Assembly (NCBI GenBank): GCA_035400625.1
Contig: DAOMZT010000003.1
Span: 71,371 to 103,370 of the forward strand
Direction of reading: 5' to 3'
Length of the DNA stretch: 32,000 nt
Source: an archaeon
GTDB taxonomy: Archaea; Iainarchaeota; Iainarchaeia; Iainarchaeales; CSSED10-239
A model generated the notes under the pieces. That model saw only the letters and a list, made by a program, of their open reading frames with translations, was not told the DNA's origin and ran no database searches. The position numbers were made by a program, and so were the translations under genes. Positions 8,207 to 17,749 of this stretch are shown here, piece by piece (the stretch's first letter is position 1; each line of letters begins with the position of its first letter).

Positions 8207-8917
8207 GTGATAGAAATACAAAATCTTAATGCAGGTTATGGAGAAAACCACGTTTTAAAGAACATAACTTTAAGAATAGAAGAGGGAACAATAGTTTCAA
8301 TAATTGGCCCAAATGGTGCAGGAAAGTCTACTCTTTTAAATTCTATATTTAATCTTTGTGATATTTATTCTGGAGACATTATTTTTAATAATAAAAAAAT
8401 AACCAAAATTGCAACACATAAGCTTATAAGTGAAGGCATAAATTATTGCCCTCAAAAGAACAGAATTTTTTCAGACATGACTGTTTATGAAAATCTAGAA
8501 CTTGGCCTTTTTCAATCAAAAGAACCAGAAAAGAAGAAAAAGGAAAAGATAGAAAAAATGTTAGAGGAATTTCCTGTATTAAAACAAAAAAAAGAGATGC
8601 TTGCAAACACACTTTCTGGTGGTCAGCAACAAATCCTTGCTATTGCTAGAGCGCTTCTTCGAGACCCAAAGGTTTTATTGCTTGATGAACCATCAATTGG
8701 CCTTGACCCAAAAACCATGAAAGATGTCTTTGGAATTATTAAAGACCTAAACATTAAAAAGAAAATAACAATGCTAATTGTTGAGCAAAATGCAAAGCAA
8801 TCTGCCGAAATCTCAGATAAGATTTATATTTTTGAAGACGGTAAGATTGCCTTAGAAGGAACAAAAGAAATCTTAAATGATAAGAAAATAAAAAACATCT
8901 ACTTTGGTGGAAGATGA
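8207..8917 (+). CDS. livF: ABC transporter ATP-binding protein, LivF-like
   Basis: GTG start 3 nt after the livG stop. Walker A GPNGAGKST, signature LSGGQQQILAIARAL, Walker B LLLDEPSIGL, VEQN H-loop region and C-terminal YFGG. Confidence 0.9.
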   Translation: MIEIQNLNAGYGENHVLKNITLRIEEGTIVSIIGPNGAGKSTLLNSIFNLCDIYSGDIIFNNKKITKIATHKLISEGINYCPQKNRIFSDMTVYENLELGLFQSKEPEKKKKEKIEKMLEEFPVLKQKKEMLANTLSGGQQQILAIARALLRDPKVLLLDEPSIGLDPKTMKDVFGIIKDLNIKKKITMLIVEQNAKQSAEISDKIYIFEDGKIALEGTKEILNDKKIKNIYFGGR

Positions 8918-9709
8918 TTATTCTTTAGCAACTTTCCATATTATATCAAAGTAGTCTTCAAATCCTTCTGCTGTATTTTTATTCTTAATAACTATGCCAA
9001 TCATTGATTCCCAAATAACTATTGCTGTTTTATCTCCATAAACCCATATTGCAAAAGGCAATTGATATCCTTTTGGCATGAACCTAATTTCAAAGTTGTG
9101 ATTTTTTTGTATTTTTAGTGGCCTTGATTTTCGTAAATTAGATGTGTATATAATTTTATAATTTATTTTATTTAGTCTTTTTGTAAATGAATTTACATAA
9201 GTAGGATAGTATTTTGAGAATTCCCCATCCCCACCAAAACACAACATATTTTTATTTTCTGCAATGATATCTTCAAATATGTTTTTTAAACTCAATTTTC
9301 CATCAAAGACTATAACCGATTCTTTTGTAGTTATTATGTTTGAAGAAACAAAACTAGGAAGTAGTTCTTTGTATCTTTTTCTAAATTTTGCAATTGTTTT
9401 TTCTTTATTATTTATAAGGTCTATTATTTTATTAGGGTTATCAGCATAATAAATTCTATTTTTGTTTTTTAGAATATAACCAATTAGTCCTTTTTCTGTT
9501 AGTTCATTTAATATATCATACATATAGCTTCTATTGATTCCTGTTTTTTTAACAATCTCAGGAAGATATAAAGAACCATATTTTAGAAATACTAGATAGA
9601 CTATGGCATGATTTTTTCTAAATCCTATTTCTTCAAAGTAGTTTATTAATTCTTGATCATCTGTAGTTATTTTTTCCAAAAGTGTATTATTTATATTTGT
9701 TCTTGTCAT
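8918..9709 (-). CDS. TrmB-family-like transcriptional regulator, paralog 2
   Basis: wHTH YFEEIGFRKNHAIVYLVFLKYGSLYLPEIVKKTGINRSYMYDILNELTEKGLIGY. The C-terminal domain ends GFEDYFDIIWKVAKE, almost identical to paralog 3. Internal ATG at 9709 (MTRTNINN) is preferred to 9760. Confidence 0.65.
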   Translation of the reverse strand: MTRTNINNTLLEKITTDDQELINYFEEIGFRKNHAIVYLVFLKYGSLYLPEIVKKTGINRSYMYDILNELTEKGLIGYILKNKNRIYYADNPNKIIDLINNKEKTIAKFRKRYKELLPSFVSSNIITTKESVIVFDGKLSLKNIFEDIIAENKNMLCFGGDGEFSKYYPTYVNSFTKRLNKINYKIIYTSNLRKSRPLKIQKNHNFEIRFMPKGYQLPFAIWVYGDKTAIVIWESMIGIVIKNKNTAEGFEDYFDIIWKVAKE

Positions 9710-9827
9710 ATATATGTTAAATATAGAAAGTTTTATATTGTTGTTGCAATAATACAACACAAAAATATAAATATAAAAAACAAGAAATATTTATTAATTA
9801 AATAAAATTAAAAAGAGGTAATGTTAT

Positions 9828-10943
9828 ATGAAAACAAAAAATAAAAATTGGCTTATAGCAATTGTAGCAATAGTTATAATTGCTTTAATATTGGTTATTG
9901 CGACTCATGCAACCAAAAAATCAGAACCACAAAAAATAAAGGTAGGTTTTATAACTGGAATAACAGGAACAACAAGTTATCTAGGAGTGCCAAATTCTAA
10001 AGCTGTATTTTTAGCAGAAAAGAAACTAAAAGAAATATATGGCGAAGAAGCGGTACAAATAATTGTTGAAGATTCCAAGTCTGATTCAAAAGAAGCAGCA
10101 AATGCAGCAAATAAGTTAATCAATGTAGATAATGTTGATGCTATATTTGTTGAATTTACAGGTCCATCAGGAGCTGTTGTTCCAATTGCAAAAGACAATG
10201 ATATAGCTGTACTTTATAGTGCATATACAACAGATCCTTTAACAAAATACGAATATTCATTAAAGACCTATAGAAATGCAGAAGCTGAGTGTACAATATA
10301 TGCAAAAATAGCAAAATCAAAAGGAATAGAAAAAATCGCAATACTTGATGCTGTTGGTGGAACTATGGGTGTTGATTGTCAAAAAGGGACATTAAACTAC
10401 TATACACCAGAAAATGTAAAAATAGAAAACTTAGCTGGTGTTCAAGATATAAAAACAGCAATACTTAAATTAAGTAATGAAGGATATAATGGGTTATTTT
10501 CTTATCTTTATGAAAATGCAACAATTTCAGTACTTGCTGCAAAATTAGATTATGGTCTAGATAATATGTTTTTCTTCGGGGATGCATCAAATACATATAC
10601 TGACAAAATAAAAGAAACAATAGGCACAAATAATCTAAATGGAACAATAATCAGCACATTAAAATATTCAGATAAATTTACAAATGATTATTATTTAGAA
10701 TATGGAAATACAGATGGGGTAACAGCAAATGCGCCAACAAACTATGATGGAATAATAAAGTTATATTCTGCAGTAAAGAAATGTGGAAAAGAAAACAAAG
10801 ATTGTATAGTGAATGCTGTGTTAAATGATAAATTAACAAGTACAGTAATAAACTACGGACCATCAATAGGCAGAGCATTAAATCCACATATAGAATACCA
10901 CATTATTGAAAATGGAGAGCCAGTTCTTTTGAATATTGAGTAA
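9828..10943 (+). CDS. ABC transporter substrate-binding protein (Peripla_BP_6-like), paralog 2, divergent
   Basis: Same N-terminal anchor style (MKTKNKNWLIAIVAIVIIALILVIA). IKVGFITGITGTTSYLGVPNSKAVFLAEKKL...IIVEDSKSDSKEAANAANKLI parallels paralogs 1 and 3. Confidence 0.7.
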   Translation: MKTKNKNWLIAIVAIVIIALILVIATHATKKSEPQKIKVGFITGITGTTSYLGVPNSKAVFLAEKKLKEIYGEEAVQIIVEDSKSDSKEAANAANKLINVDNVDAIFVEFTGPSGAVVPIAKDNDIAVLYSAYTTDPLTKYEYSLKTYRNAEAECTIYAKIAKSKGIEKIAILDAVGGTMGVDCQKGTLNYYTPENVKIENLAGVQDIKTAILKLSNEGYNGLFSYLYENATISVLAAKLDYGLDNMFFFGDASNTYTDKIKETIGTNNLNGTIISTLKYSDKFTNDYYLEYGNTDGVTANAPTNYDGIIKLYSAVKKCGKENKDCIVNAVLNDKLTSTVINYGPSIGRALNPHIEYHIIENGEPVLLNIE

Positions 10944-10968
10944 AAGATATCTTTATAGATATCTTTCT

Positions 10969-11730
10969 TTATTCTTTAGCAATCTTCCATATCACATCAA
11001 AGTAGTCTTCAAAGCCTTTTGCTGCACTTTGACTTTTTATAACTATTCCTATCTGTGATTTCCAAATTATAATTGATATTTTATCTGCATATATGTGCAT
11101 TGCAAAAGAATATGTATAATCTTTAGGCATGTATTTTATTTCTGTAACTCCTTTATGTACAGCAAGTGGTCCTCGTTTACGAAGTGCTTCTGAAAATATT
11201 AATTGATATTTTATTTTATTCTTCTTGCATCTTAGATTGAAAGTGGTTACAAAATCTTTATAGAAATCTGCAGGAAATCCTTCTCCAGCAAAGCATTTGA
11301 AATCTTTTCCTGTTTTTATAATGTCATCATATATATTTTTTATCCCTTTCTTTCCCTCATAAGAAAATATTTCATCTTTTTCTGTTTGGCTACTAATTGA
11401 CACCAAGGTTGGTAATATCTTTGTGTAATCTTCTTTTAAAATTTTAATTTCTTCTTCTCTTTTATTTATTAATTTAAGAAGTTTTTCTGGGTCATCTGCA
11501 AAAAACACTTTTGTGTTGTTTTTAGTATAGTTTCCAACAAGTCCTTTTTCTATTAGTTCATCTAAGATGTCATAAATATAGCTTCTAGATATTCCTGTTT
11601 TTTTTACAAGGTCTGAAATGCCAAGATGGCCAAATTTAAGTAGTGAGAAATACACCTTTGAATGGTTTTTCTTTATATCTATATTCTCCAATTTTTTTAA
11701 ATCCAATAATGGTAGAGTTTGCGAGTTCAT
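10969..11730 (-). CDS. TrmB-family-like transcriptional regulator, paralog 3
   Basis: wHTH KNHSKVYFSLLKFGHLGISDLVKKTGISRSYIYDILDELIEKGLVG. The 3' end is highly similar to the 8918-9709 gene at DNA level. Confidence 0.65.
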   Translation of the reverse strand: MNSQTLPLLDLKKLENIDIKKNHSKVYFSLLKFGHLGISDLVKKTGISRSYIYDILDELIEKGLVGNYTKNNTKVFFADDPEKLLKLINKREEEIKILKEDYTKILPTLVSISSQTEKDEIFSYEGKKGIKNIYDDIIKTGKDFKCFAGEGFPADFYKDFVTTFNLRCKKNKIKYQLIFSEALRKRGPLAVHKGVTEIKYMPKDYTYSFAMHIYADKISIIIWKSQIGIVIKSQSAAKGFEDYFDVIWKIAKE

Positions 11731-11899
11731 AAATATGATATGTATGGTAACTTTTATAAAGTCGTAATATTTTTACGACACACATATAACTAATTCTAAA
11801 ACAATACATATTTAGTAACTAAAACAAATGAACTCGTGAACAGTGGCAACACGAGGGATGCAAAAAAACAAATTGCCACAAATAAAGGGGGTAAAAAAT

Positions 11900-13075
11900 A
11901 TGAAAAAAATTAATTCAAAAAAAATTATATTTTCAGCTTTCGTTGTTTTAATTGTTTTGATAGTAGGAGTATTAGTTTTTACAAACTTAAGTAATAAAGA
12001 AAAGAATATACAAACAGATGTGTCTCCAATAACAGGTGATATAGTTCTTACAAATCCAAGTAATGAAGAAACCATAGAAATAGGTGCAATTTTGCCATTA
12101 ACAGGAACCACAGCATTTGCAGGAGAGGCATTAAAGAATGGTGCTCTATTGGCAGTTGATGAGATAAATGCAAAAGGCGGAATAGATGGCAAAATGGTTA
12201 AATTGATTATAGAAGATAGTAAAAGTGCTCCTGCAGAAGGAGTAAATGCTTTCAATAATCTTGAACTAAAAAAACCAGATGTAGTAATATCTGCAATGGC
12301 TTCAGTCTCAGCAGCAGTAATACCAATAGCAAACACAACAGAAACTCCAATAATAGCAACTGTTGCAACATCTCCACAATTAATAACAGACTACGACAAC
12401 GCTTATAGATATTTCCCAACAGCAAAGCAAGAGATCCCTCCAATCATAGAGATAGCAAATGAAAAGGGTATCAAGAAGATGGGCATTATATATTTAAATG
12501 ATGAATTCGGAGCAGCAATGTTTAGCACATTAACAGAAGAATTCGATGGAGAGGTAATTGGAGAGCCTTTTTTAATTTCAAATACAGATTACAGTACTTC
12601 AATACTTAAATTAAAAGAAGCAAAAGTAGATGGAATATTAGTTGTTGGTTTTAGTTCACACATCTCAAAATGTATTCAACAAATAAAAGAGTATAATTTG
12701 GATGTTGTAATCTTTGCACCATCAACCTCTGCATTTCCAGACATAAGGAACACATTAGGTTCTGAAGAGATATATGCAGGCATTCCAAGTTTCTACAACA
12801 CAGAATCATCAAACCCAGCAACAAAATTTAAAGAAGACTACAAAGCAAAATACGGTAAAGATGCAGACCATTATGCAGCAACAGGATATGATACAGTTAT
12901 GTTAATTAAAAAAGCAATAGAGGAAGGTTCAGCAAACAGAGAAGGAATAATCAACGGCTTAAATAAAATAAAGGTTTATTCAGGAATCTTTGGGGATGTA
13001 ACCAAAGATGGCAGAGAATTTGGGTTTAATCTTTACCCCGCAGAAGTATCTAAAGAAAAAATTTCTTTTGAATGA
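11900..13075 (+). CDS. ABC transporter substrate-binding protein, LivJ/LivK-like, paralog 3
   Basis: GGGGGT about 8 nt upstream of the ATG at 11900 (MKKINSKKIIFSAFVVLIVLIV). IEIGAILPLTGTTAFAGEALKNGALLAVDEINAKGGIDGKMVKLIIEDSKS is a classic Leu/Ile/Val-binding protein signature. Confidence 0.85.
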   Translation: MKKINSKKIIFSAFVVLIVLIVGVLVFTNLSNKEKNIQTDVSPITGDIVLTNPSNEETIEIGAILPLTGTTAFAGEALKNGALLAVDEINAKGGIDGKMVKLIIEDSKSAPAEGVNAFNNLELKKPDVVISAMASVSAAVIPIANTTETPIIATVATSPQLITDYDNAYRYFPTAKQEIPPIIEIANEKGIKKMGIIYLNDEFGAAMFSTLTEEFDGEVIGEPFLISNTDYSTSILKLKEAKVDGILVVGFSSHISKCIQQIKEYNLDVVIFAPSTSAFPDIRNTLGSEEIYAGIPSFYNTESSNPATKFKEDYKAKYGKDADHYAATGYDTVMLIKKAIEEGSANREGIINGLNKIKVYSGIFGDVTKDGREFGFNLYPAEVSKEKISFE

Positions 13076-13110
13076 TTTCAGTAATTGAAATCATTCTTTT
13101 TTTCTTTTTT
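13073..13110 (+). terminator. Hairpin plus T-tract after SBP paralog 3
   Basis: tgatttca-gtaat-tgaaatca (8-bp stem) overlaps the stop codon and is followed by ttcttttttttctttttt. Confidence 0.45.
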
Positions 13111-13182
13111 CTAATTGCTTTCCAATTACTTTATATATCTTTTTCTAAATATATATTTATTAATATAAATTAGGAAAAAAAG

Positions 13183-14055
13183 ATGTTTCTACAATTGCTA
13201 ATAAATGGTCTGATTGCTGGTGCTATCTATGCGTTAGTGGCTTGTGGTTTTTCTTTAATATATTCCACAAACAAGTTTGTCCATTTTGCTCATGGTGCAA
13301 TTATTGTTGCTTCTGGCTATCTTCTTTTTACTTTTTTTAATGTTATTGGAATTAATTTTTATCTTTCTATTTTTCTAACAATTATTGGTGGAGGCTTGCT
13401 TGGTTATCTTTCTAATCTTTTGATTTATGAGAGACTAAGAGAAAAGAAGGCTTCTGCATCAATTCTTCTTATTGCTAGTATTGCTTTATTAATCTTAATT
13501 GAATCCTTGATATTGATGATCTTTGGAGCAGACCTAAAAATAATATTGCCTTTTAGATATAATTCAATTTCTTTCTTGGGTGCAGTAATAACTCCCTTGC
13601 AAATAGCAATCATAGTTTCTTCTTTGGTTTTGTTTGCTCTTTTGTTTTTGCTTATGAAGAAAACAGAACTTGGTAAAAAACTAAGGGCTGTTTCAGAGTC
13701 AGGCACACTTGTTGAGATGCTTGGTATTTCTTCAAAGAAGTTATTTACATATAGTTTTGTTATTGGTTCAGCTCTTGGAGCAATAGCAGGTATCTTTGTT
13801 GCCTTAGAATATAATCTAGAGCCGACAATGGGTAGCAATCTTATGGTAAAAGGTTTTACTGGTGCGATAGTTGGGGGAATCACTTCTGTTCCAGGTTCAA
13901 TCTTGGGTTCTTTTCTTTTAGGCACAATTGAAAACTTTGGGGTTTGGTTTTTACCAAGTGGTTATAAAGATGCTATTGCCTTTATGCTATTGTTTGCATT
14001 TTTGTTATTTAGACCAAGCGGGATATTAGGTAAAAAAGCGAGTTGGAAAAAATGA
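13183..14055 (+). CDS. livH: Branched-chain amino acid ABC transporter permease, LivH-like
   Basis: 290 aa polytopic membrane protein. Starts MFLQLLINGLIAGAIYALVACGFSLIYSTNKFVHFAHG, the canonical LivH N-terminus. Ends FRPSGILGK. Confidence 0.9.
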   Translation: MFLQLLINGLIAGAIYALVACGFSLIYSTNKFVHFAHGAIIVASGYLLFTFFNVIGINFYLSIFLTIIGGGLLGYLSNLLIYERLREKKASASILLIASIALLILIESLILMIFGADLKIILPFRYNSISFLGAVITPLQIAIIVSSLVLFALLFLLMKKTELGKKLRAVSESGTLVEMLGISSKKLFTYSFVIGSALGAIAGIFVALEYNLEPTMGSNLMVKGFTGAIVGGITSVPGSILGSFLLGTIENFGVWFLPSGYKDAIAFMLLFAFLLFRPSGILGKKASWKK

Positions 14056-14924
14056 TTTTAGAATATCTAATATATTTAGTAATAATTGTTGCAATACAAA
14101 TTATTCTTTGCTTATCTTTACAGGTTGCTTTAGGTTACACTGGCTTATTTAACTTTGGGCATATTGCTTTCTTTGCAATAGGTGCTTACACATCTGCATT
14201 ATTAACAGTTAATGGTGTTCCTTTTCTAATTGCTTTTATATTGTCTGCAATTATCCCTTCTATCTTTGCATTTCTTTTATCTATTCCAACAAACAAACTT
14301 AAAGGAGACTATTTGGCATTATCAACTATGGCTTTTTCTTTTTTAGTTTATGCAGTTTTAGTCAATTGGATAACTCTAACAAGAGGGCCTTTTGGTATCT
14401 ATGGCATTCCAAAGCCAAATCTTTTTGGTTTAGTTCTTAATACGAATTTTCAGTTTTTGATTTTTACTTTAGTTATACTTGTTTTGAGTTATCTTGCAAT
14501 TAAAAGAATAGTAGAATCTAAGTTTGGCAAGGTTCTAGAAGCTACAAGAGATGATGAGCCATTAGCTCAGGCTCTTGGTAAAAACACATTTAAGATAAAA
14601 ACAATAGCATTAATGATTTCTGCTTTCTTTGCAGGGATTGCAGGTTCTCTTTATGCTCATTTTATTACTTTTATTGATCCTTCTTCTTTTACTTTCGTGG
14701 CATTAATCCCAGTCATATCAATATTAATGATAGGTGGGCTTGCAAGTCTTAAAGGAACAATCATAGCTACAATCATATTAACATTGATACCTGAAACACT
14801 TAGATTTGTTGGCTTGCCATCAAGCATTGTAGGGCCAGGTAGGCAGATTCTTTTTGCATTATTATTACTTGTAATACTAATATATTTCCCTAAGGGCTTC
14901 TTTGGCAAGATAAAGCTTGAATAA
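14052..14924 (+). CDS. livM: Branched-chain amino acid ABC transporter permease, LivM-like
   Basis: ATGA overlap with livH. GYTGLFNFGHIAFFAIGAYTSALL and EATRDDEPLAQALGKNTFKIK are LivM signatures. Confidence 0.9.
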   Translation: MILEYLIYLVIIVAIQIILCLSLQVALGYTGLFNFGHIAFFAIGAYTSALLTVNGVPFLIAFILSAIIPSIFAFLLSIPTNKLKGDYLALSTMAFSFLVYAVLVNWITLTRGPFGIYGIPKPNLFGLVLNTNFQFLIFTLVILVLSYLAIKRIVESKFGKVLEATRDDEPLAQALGKNTFKIKTIALMISAFFAGIAGSLYAHFITFIDPSSFTFVALIPVISILMIGGLASLKGTIIATIILTLIPETLRFVGLPSSIVGPGRQILFALLLLVILIYFPKGFFGKIKLE

Positions 14925-15006
14925 TTCGCTATTTTTTATTTTTTTTGTAATTAGATATTTTTAAAAAATGTAAGTAACTTAAATTATATATTAAAATATT
15001 AAAAAA

Positions 15007-15204
15007 ATGAACAAAAAATTAAAAATAATATTTTCAATATATTTAATAGTTGCTTTTGCAGTAGGTTTAGTTGTAATCTCTAATTTTTCAGAAACAGAAG
15101 ATAAATCAGAAATAGCAGATGCGACATTATTGTCTAATTCAAAAATACCAGGAACAGTATTTAAAACACGTGGTAGTCTAATTAGAATAATAATGCTAAA
15201 ATAA
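15007..15204 (+). CDS. Hypothetical small membrane-anchored protein
   Basis: The only long ORF in this gap, with an N-terminal hydrophobic helix. No recognisable motif and no clear RBS. Confidence 0.25.
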   Translation: MNKKLKIIFSIYLIVAFAVGLVVISNFSETEDKSEIADATLLSNSKIPGTVFKTRGSLIRIIMLK

Positions 15205-15275
15205 TTTTCTTAAATATATTTATATTCTATTTGTTTCTTTAAATATATACTAAAATATATTTTAATTGATTCAAT

Positions 15276-16691
15276 ATGGGACTAGGCGAAAAACTAAGAG
15301 ACGCTCTTGATAAAATCAAGAATTCAATGCATGTGGATAAAGAGCTTATTAAAGAGGTAATTAAGGAGATACAAAGGGCTTTAATATCCTCAGATGTAAA
15401 TATACAATTAGTTCTAAATATCTCAAAAGAAATAGAAGAAAATGCATTTAAAGATATTCCATCAGGAATTACAAGAAAAGAACATATTGTTAGGTTGTGC
15501 TATGAAACGCTTCTAAAATATATCGGAGGAGAAGTAAAGACATCTTTGCCTGAAAACCCAGAGACAATTCTTCTTTGCGGGTTGTTTGGATCAGGTAAAA
15601 CAACAACTGCTGCAAAGCTTTCTAAGTTCTATAAAAAAAGAGGGTTTAAGGTTGGTGTTATTTGTGCAGATACTTTTAGGCCTGCAGCTTATGAACAATT
15701 AAAACAACTTGCTGACATGGTTGGAGTAGCTTTCTATGGTAACCAAAATGAAAAATCTGCTCAAAAGGTTACAAAAGAAGGACTTGATTTTCATAAAAAA
15801 AATGGATGTAATCTAATAATTGTAGATTCTGCAGGAAGAAGTGCTCTAGATGATGAGCTTGTTAAAGAGATTAAAGAAATAGACTCTGTTTTAAATCCTA
15901 AATTTTCTTTACTTGTGATATCTGCAGATATCGGCCAGGCAGTTAAAGATCAAGCAACTGCTTTTAATAATGCTATTGGTGTTAATGGGGTTATCATCAC
16001 AAAACTAGATGGTTCTGCAAAAGGCGGAGGTGCATTAACTGCTTGTTATATTACAAAATCTCCAATCTACTTTATAGGAACTGGAGAAAAAGCAGACGAC
16101 TTTGAAATCTTTGATGCAAACAGATATCTTTCAAGAGTTCTAGGCTTTGGTGATCTTGAAAGCCTGATGGAAAAAATAGCAGATGCAACAACAGAAGAAG
16201 AAATGGCAAAGATGAAAGATATCAATCCAGAAGATATTATGAAAGGTAATGTTACTTTTGGTATTTTTAAACAACAGCTTGAATTTTCTAAAAAGCTTGG
16301 GCCATTTAGCAAAGTTATGGGTTTCTTGGGTATTGGTAACAAGATTACTAATGAGCAAAAAGAGCTTGGAGAAAAGAAGATGGCTAAATATAGGGCAATT
16401 CTTTCATCAATGACAAAAGAAGAACTAAATAATGGCCCTGATTTTTTAACACATTCTAGAATGACTAGAATCTCAAAAGGCTCAGGGACAAAGATAGAAG
16501 ATATTAAAGAATTATCTTCTCACATAAAAAAGATGAAGAAAATGTTTAGAGGAATGGACAGCAAGAAAATGGAAGGGCTAGCAAAGCAATTTGAGGGCAA
16601 AGACCCTGAAAACATTGATATGTCAAAAGTCGATATGTCTCAATTTGCAAATATGAAAGGAATGAAGAAGAAAAAATTAAGATTTAAATAA
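15276..16691 (+). CDS. srp54: Signal recognition particle protein SRP54
   Basis: NG domain with GLFGSGKTTTAAKL, DSAGR, ITKLDGSAKGGGAL and YFIGTGEKADDFE. Met-rich M domain (MKGMKKKK) at the C-terminus. Confidence 0.95.
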   Translation: MGLGEKLRDALDKIKNSMHVDKELIKEVIKEIQRALISSDVNIQLVLNISKEIEENAFKDIPSGITRKEHIVRLCYETLLKYIGGEVKTSLPENPETILLCGLFGSGKTTTAAKLSKFYKKRGFKVGVICADTFRPAAYEQLKQLADMVGVAFYGNQNEKSAQKVTKEGLDFHKKNGCNLIIVDSAGRSALDDELVKEIKEIDSVLNPKFSLLVISADIGQAVKDQATAFNNAIGVNGVIITKLDGSAKGGGALTACYITKSPIYFIGTGEKADDFEIFDANRYLSRVLGFGDLESLMEKIADATTEEEMAKMKDINPEDIMKGNVTFGIFKQQLEFSKKLGPFSKVMGFLGIGNKITNEQKELGEKKMAKYRAILSSMTKEELNNGPDFLTHSRMTRISKGSGTKIEDIKELSSHIKKMKKMFRGMDSKKMEGLAKQFEGKDPENIDMSKVDMSQFANMKGMKKKKLRFK

Positions 16692-17528
16692 GTGAAAATG
16701 ATGTTTGAGACTATTTTTGTAATTAGAATAATTCTGTTGTTAGTGGCAGTAGCTTTAGCAGCATATACTGACTATAAGACAGGATATATCTACGATTGGA
16801 TAAGTCTTCCTCTTATAGCTATTGGTCTGATCATAAATATCTTTACTTATCCTTTTAAAACTCTTATACCGATAATTCTAATTGCTGTAGGTATTTATCT
16901 TTTTGGATATTTTGCATATTATTTTGGAAAAATAGGTGGTGGCGACATAAAGCTGTTTATTGGAATACACTTGATTTTACCATATCTTAATAATCAATTA
17001 TTTATTTTTTGGGTAATTATTGTTTCTTCTTTACTATCAGTAATGTTTGTTTCAATTTCTTATGCAATTAAGCTTAATAAAAAAATAAAAATAAACAAAA
17101 GGCTTTTGAAAAAGAAAAAATCAAAGATCTTTAAATCTGTGATTTTATTTTTGGTGTTTTTAGTGTTTGTGATTTTTGCAACAAGTACTGGAGACATGCC
17201 AACAATTGTTCATATCACGATTCCTCCAATGTTTTTTGGTAGCATAATAATTATTTTTGAAGATGAGATTAAAAGGCATATTTACTTAAAGCAAAAACCA
17301 ATATCAAAACTTGAAGAAGGAGATGTCTTTGCTAGCGAGTTTGCAAAAAAAGAGCTAATTACAAAACTAAAATTAGGTAAAAGAACAGTTCTTGAAAAAG
17401 AAGACATAGCAAGAGCAAAATCATTAAAATTAAAAGCTCTTCCAATCTTTGATAATCTCCCAAGATTTGGGATATATATATTATTTGGAGTTTTGTGTGT
17501 TTTGATTTTTAGAAATTGGATATTTTAA
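16692..17528 (+). CDS. A24-family aspartic prepilin/preflagellin peptidase (PibD/FlaK/EppA-like)
   Basis: Polytopic membrane protein carrying both catalytic Asp motifs: AAYTDYKTGYIYDWISLPL and KIGGGDIKLF (GxGD). GTG start directly abuts the srp54 stop; in-frame ATGs at 16698 and 16701 are alternatives. Confidence 0.75.
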   Translation: MKMMFETIFVIRIILLLVAVALAAYTDYKTGYIYDWISLPLIAIGLIINIFTYPFKTLIPIILIAVGIYLFGYFAYYFGKIGGGDIKLFIGIHLILPYLNNQLFIFWVIIVSSLLSVMFVSISYAIKLNKKIKINKRLLKKKKSKIFKSVILFLVFLVFVIFATSTGDMPTIVHITIPPMFFGSIIIIFEDEIKRHIYLKQKPISKLEEGDVFASEFAKKELITKLKLGKRTVLEKEDIARAKSLKLKALPIFDNLPRFGIYILFGVLCVLIFRNWIF

Positions 17529-17562
17529 ACACTAAATCTTGGACGACTGAGGAACCAAAAAC

Positions 17563-17655
17563 ATGTATAAGATAACTAGTGAAACCAAAATATCTATATT
17601 TAAGTGCTATAAAGCACTAAAAACACATAAAAACTATGCTTTTACTACCAAATAG
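17563..17655 (+). pseudogene. Decayed duplicate of the tgt 5' end (30-codon ORF)
   Basis: atgtAtaagataactagtgaaaccaaaa (17563-17590) matches the tgt start atgtTtaagataactagtgaaaccaaaa (17750-17777) at 27/28 positions. A GAGGA motif precedes both copies. Confidence 0.6.
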
Positions 17656-17749
17656 CAAATAAATTTTATGTTGCCTAAATAGAAACGATTATGAGTTTTC
17701 TAAGTTAATGAAGTTAATTGTTTTAAAGAATTTAGAGGATAAATAAGAA

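Noticed and set aside
9710-9760. Upstream extensions of track ORFs (8918-9760, 11843-13075, 5323-6492, 19505-19813, 24122-25045, 23190-24056, 25681-27591, 14043-14924, 4414-5229)
   Set aside because: Internal starts are preferred because they restore paralog-like N-termini, sit behind GGAGG/GGGGG motifs, or create ATGA overlaps. The extensions encode implausible residues or use TTG/GTG. The exact starts remain unverified.
11812-12336. 174-aa minus-strand ORF overlapping SBP paralog 3; similar antisense ORFs at 13425-13925, 14657-14908, 16067-16358, 9977-10198, 25196-25492 and 21938-22255
   Set aside because: All are embedded antisense in genes with strong family signatures. None has an RBS, a promoter or a recognisable motif.
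15007-15204. 65-aa ORF between livM and srp54 as a functional micro-protein
   Set aside because: Kept only as a low-confidence feature. It has no motif, no clear RBS and AT-rich composition, so it may be spurious.
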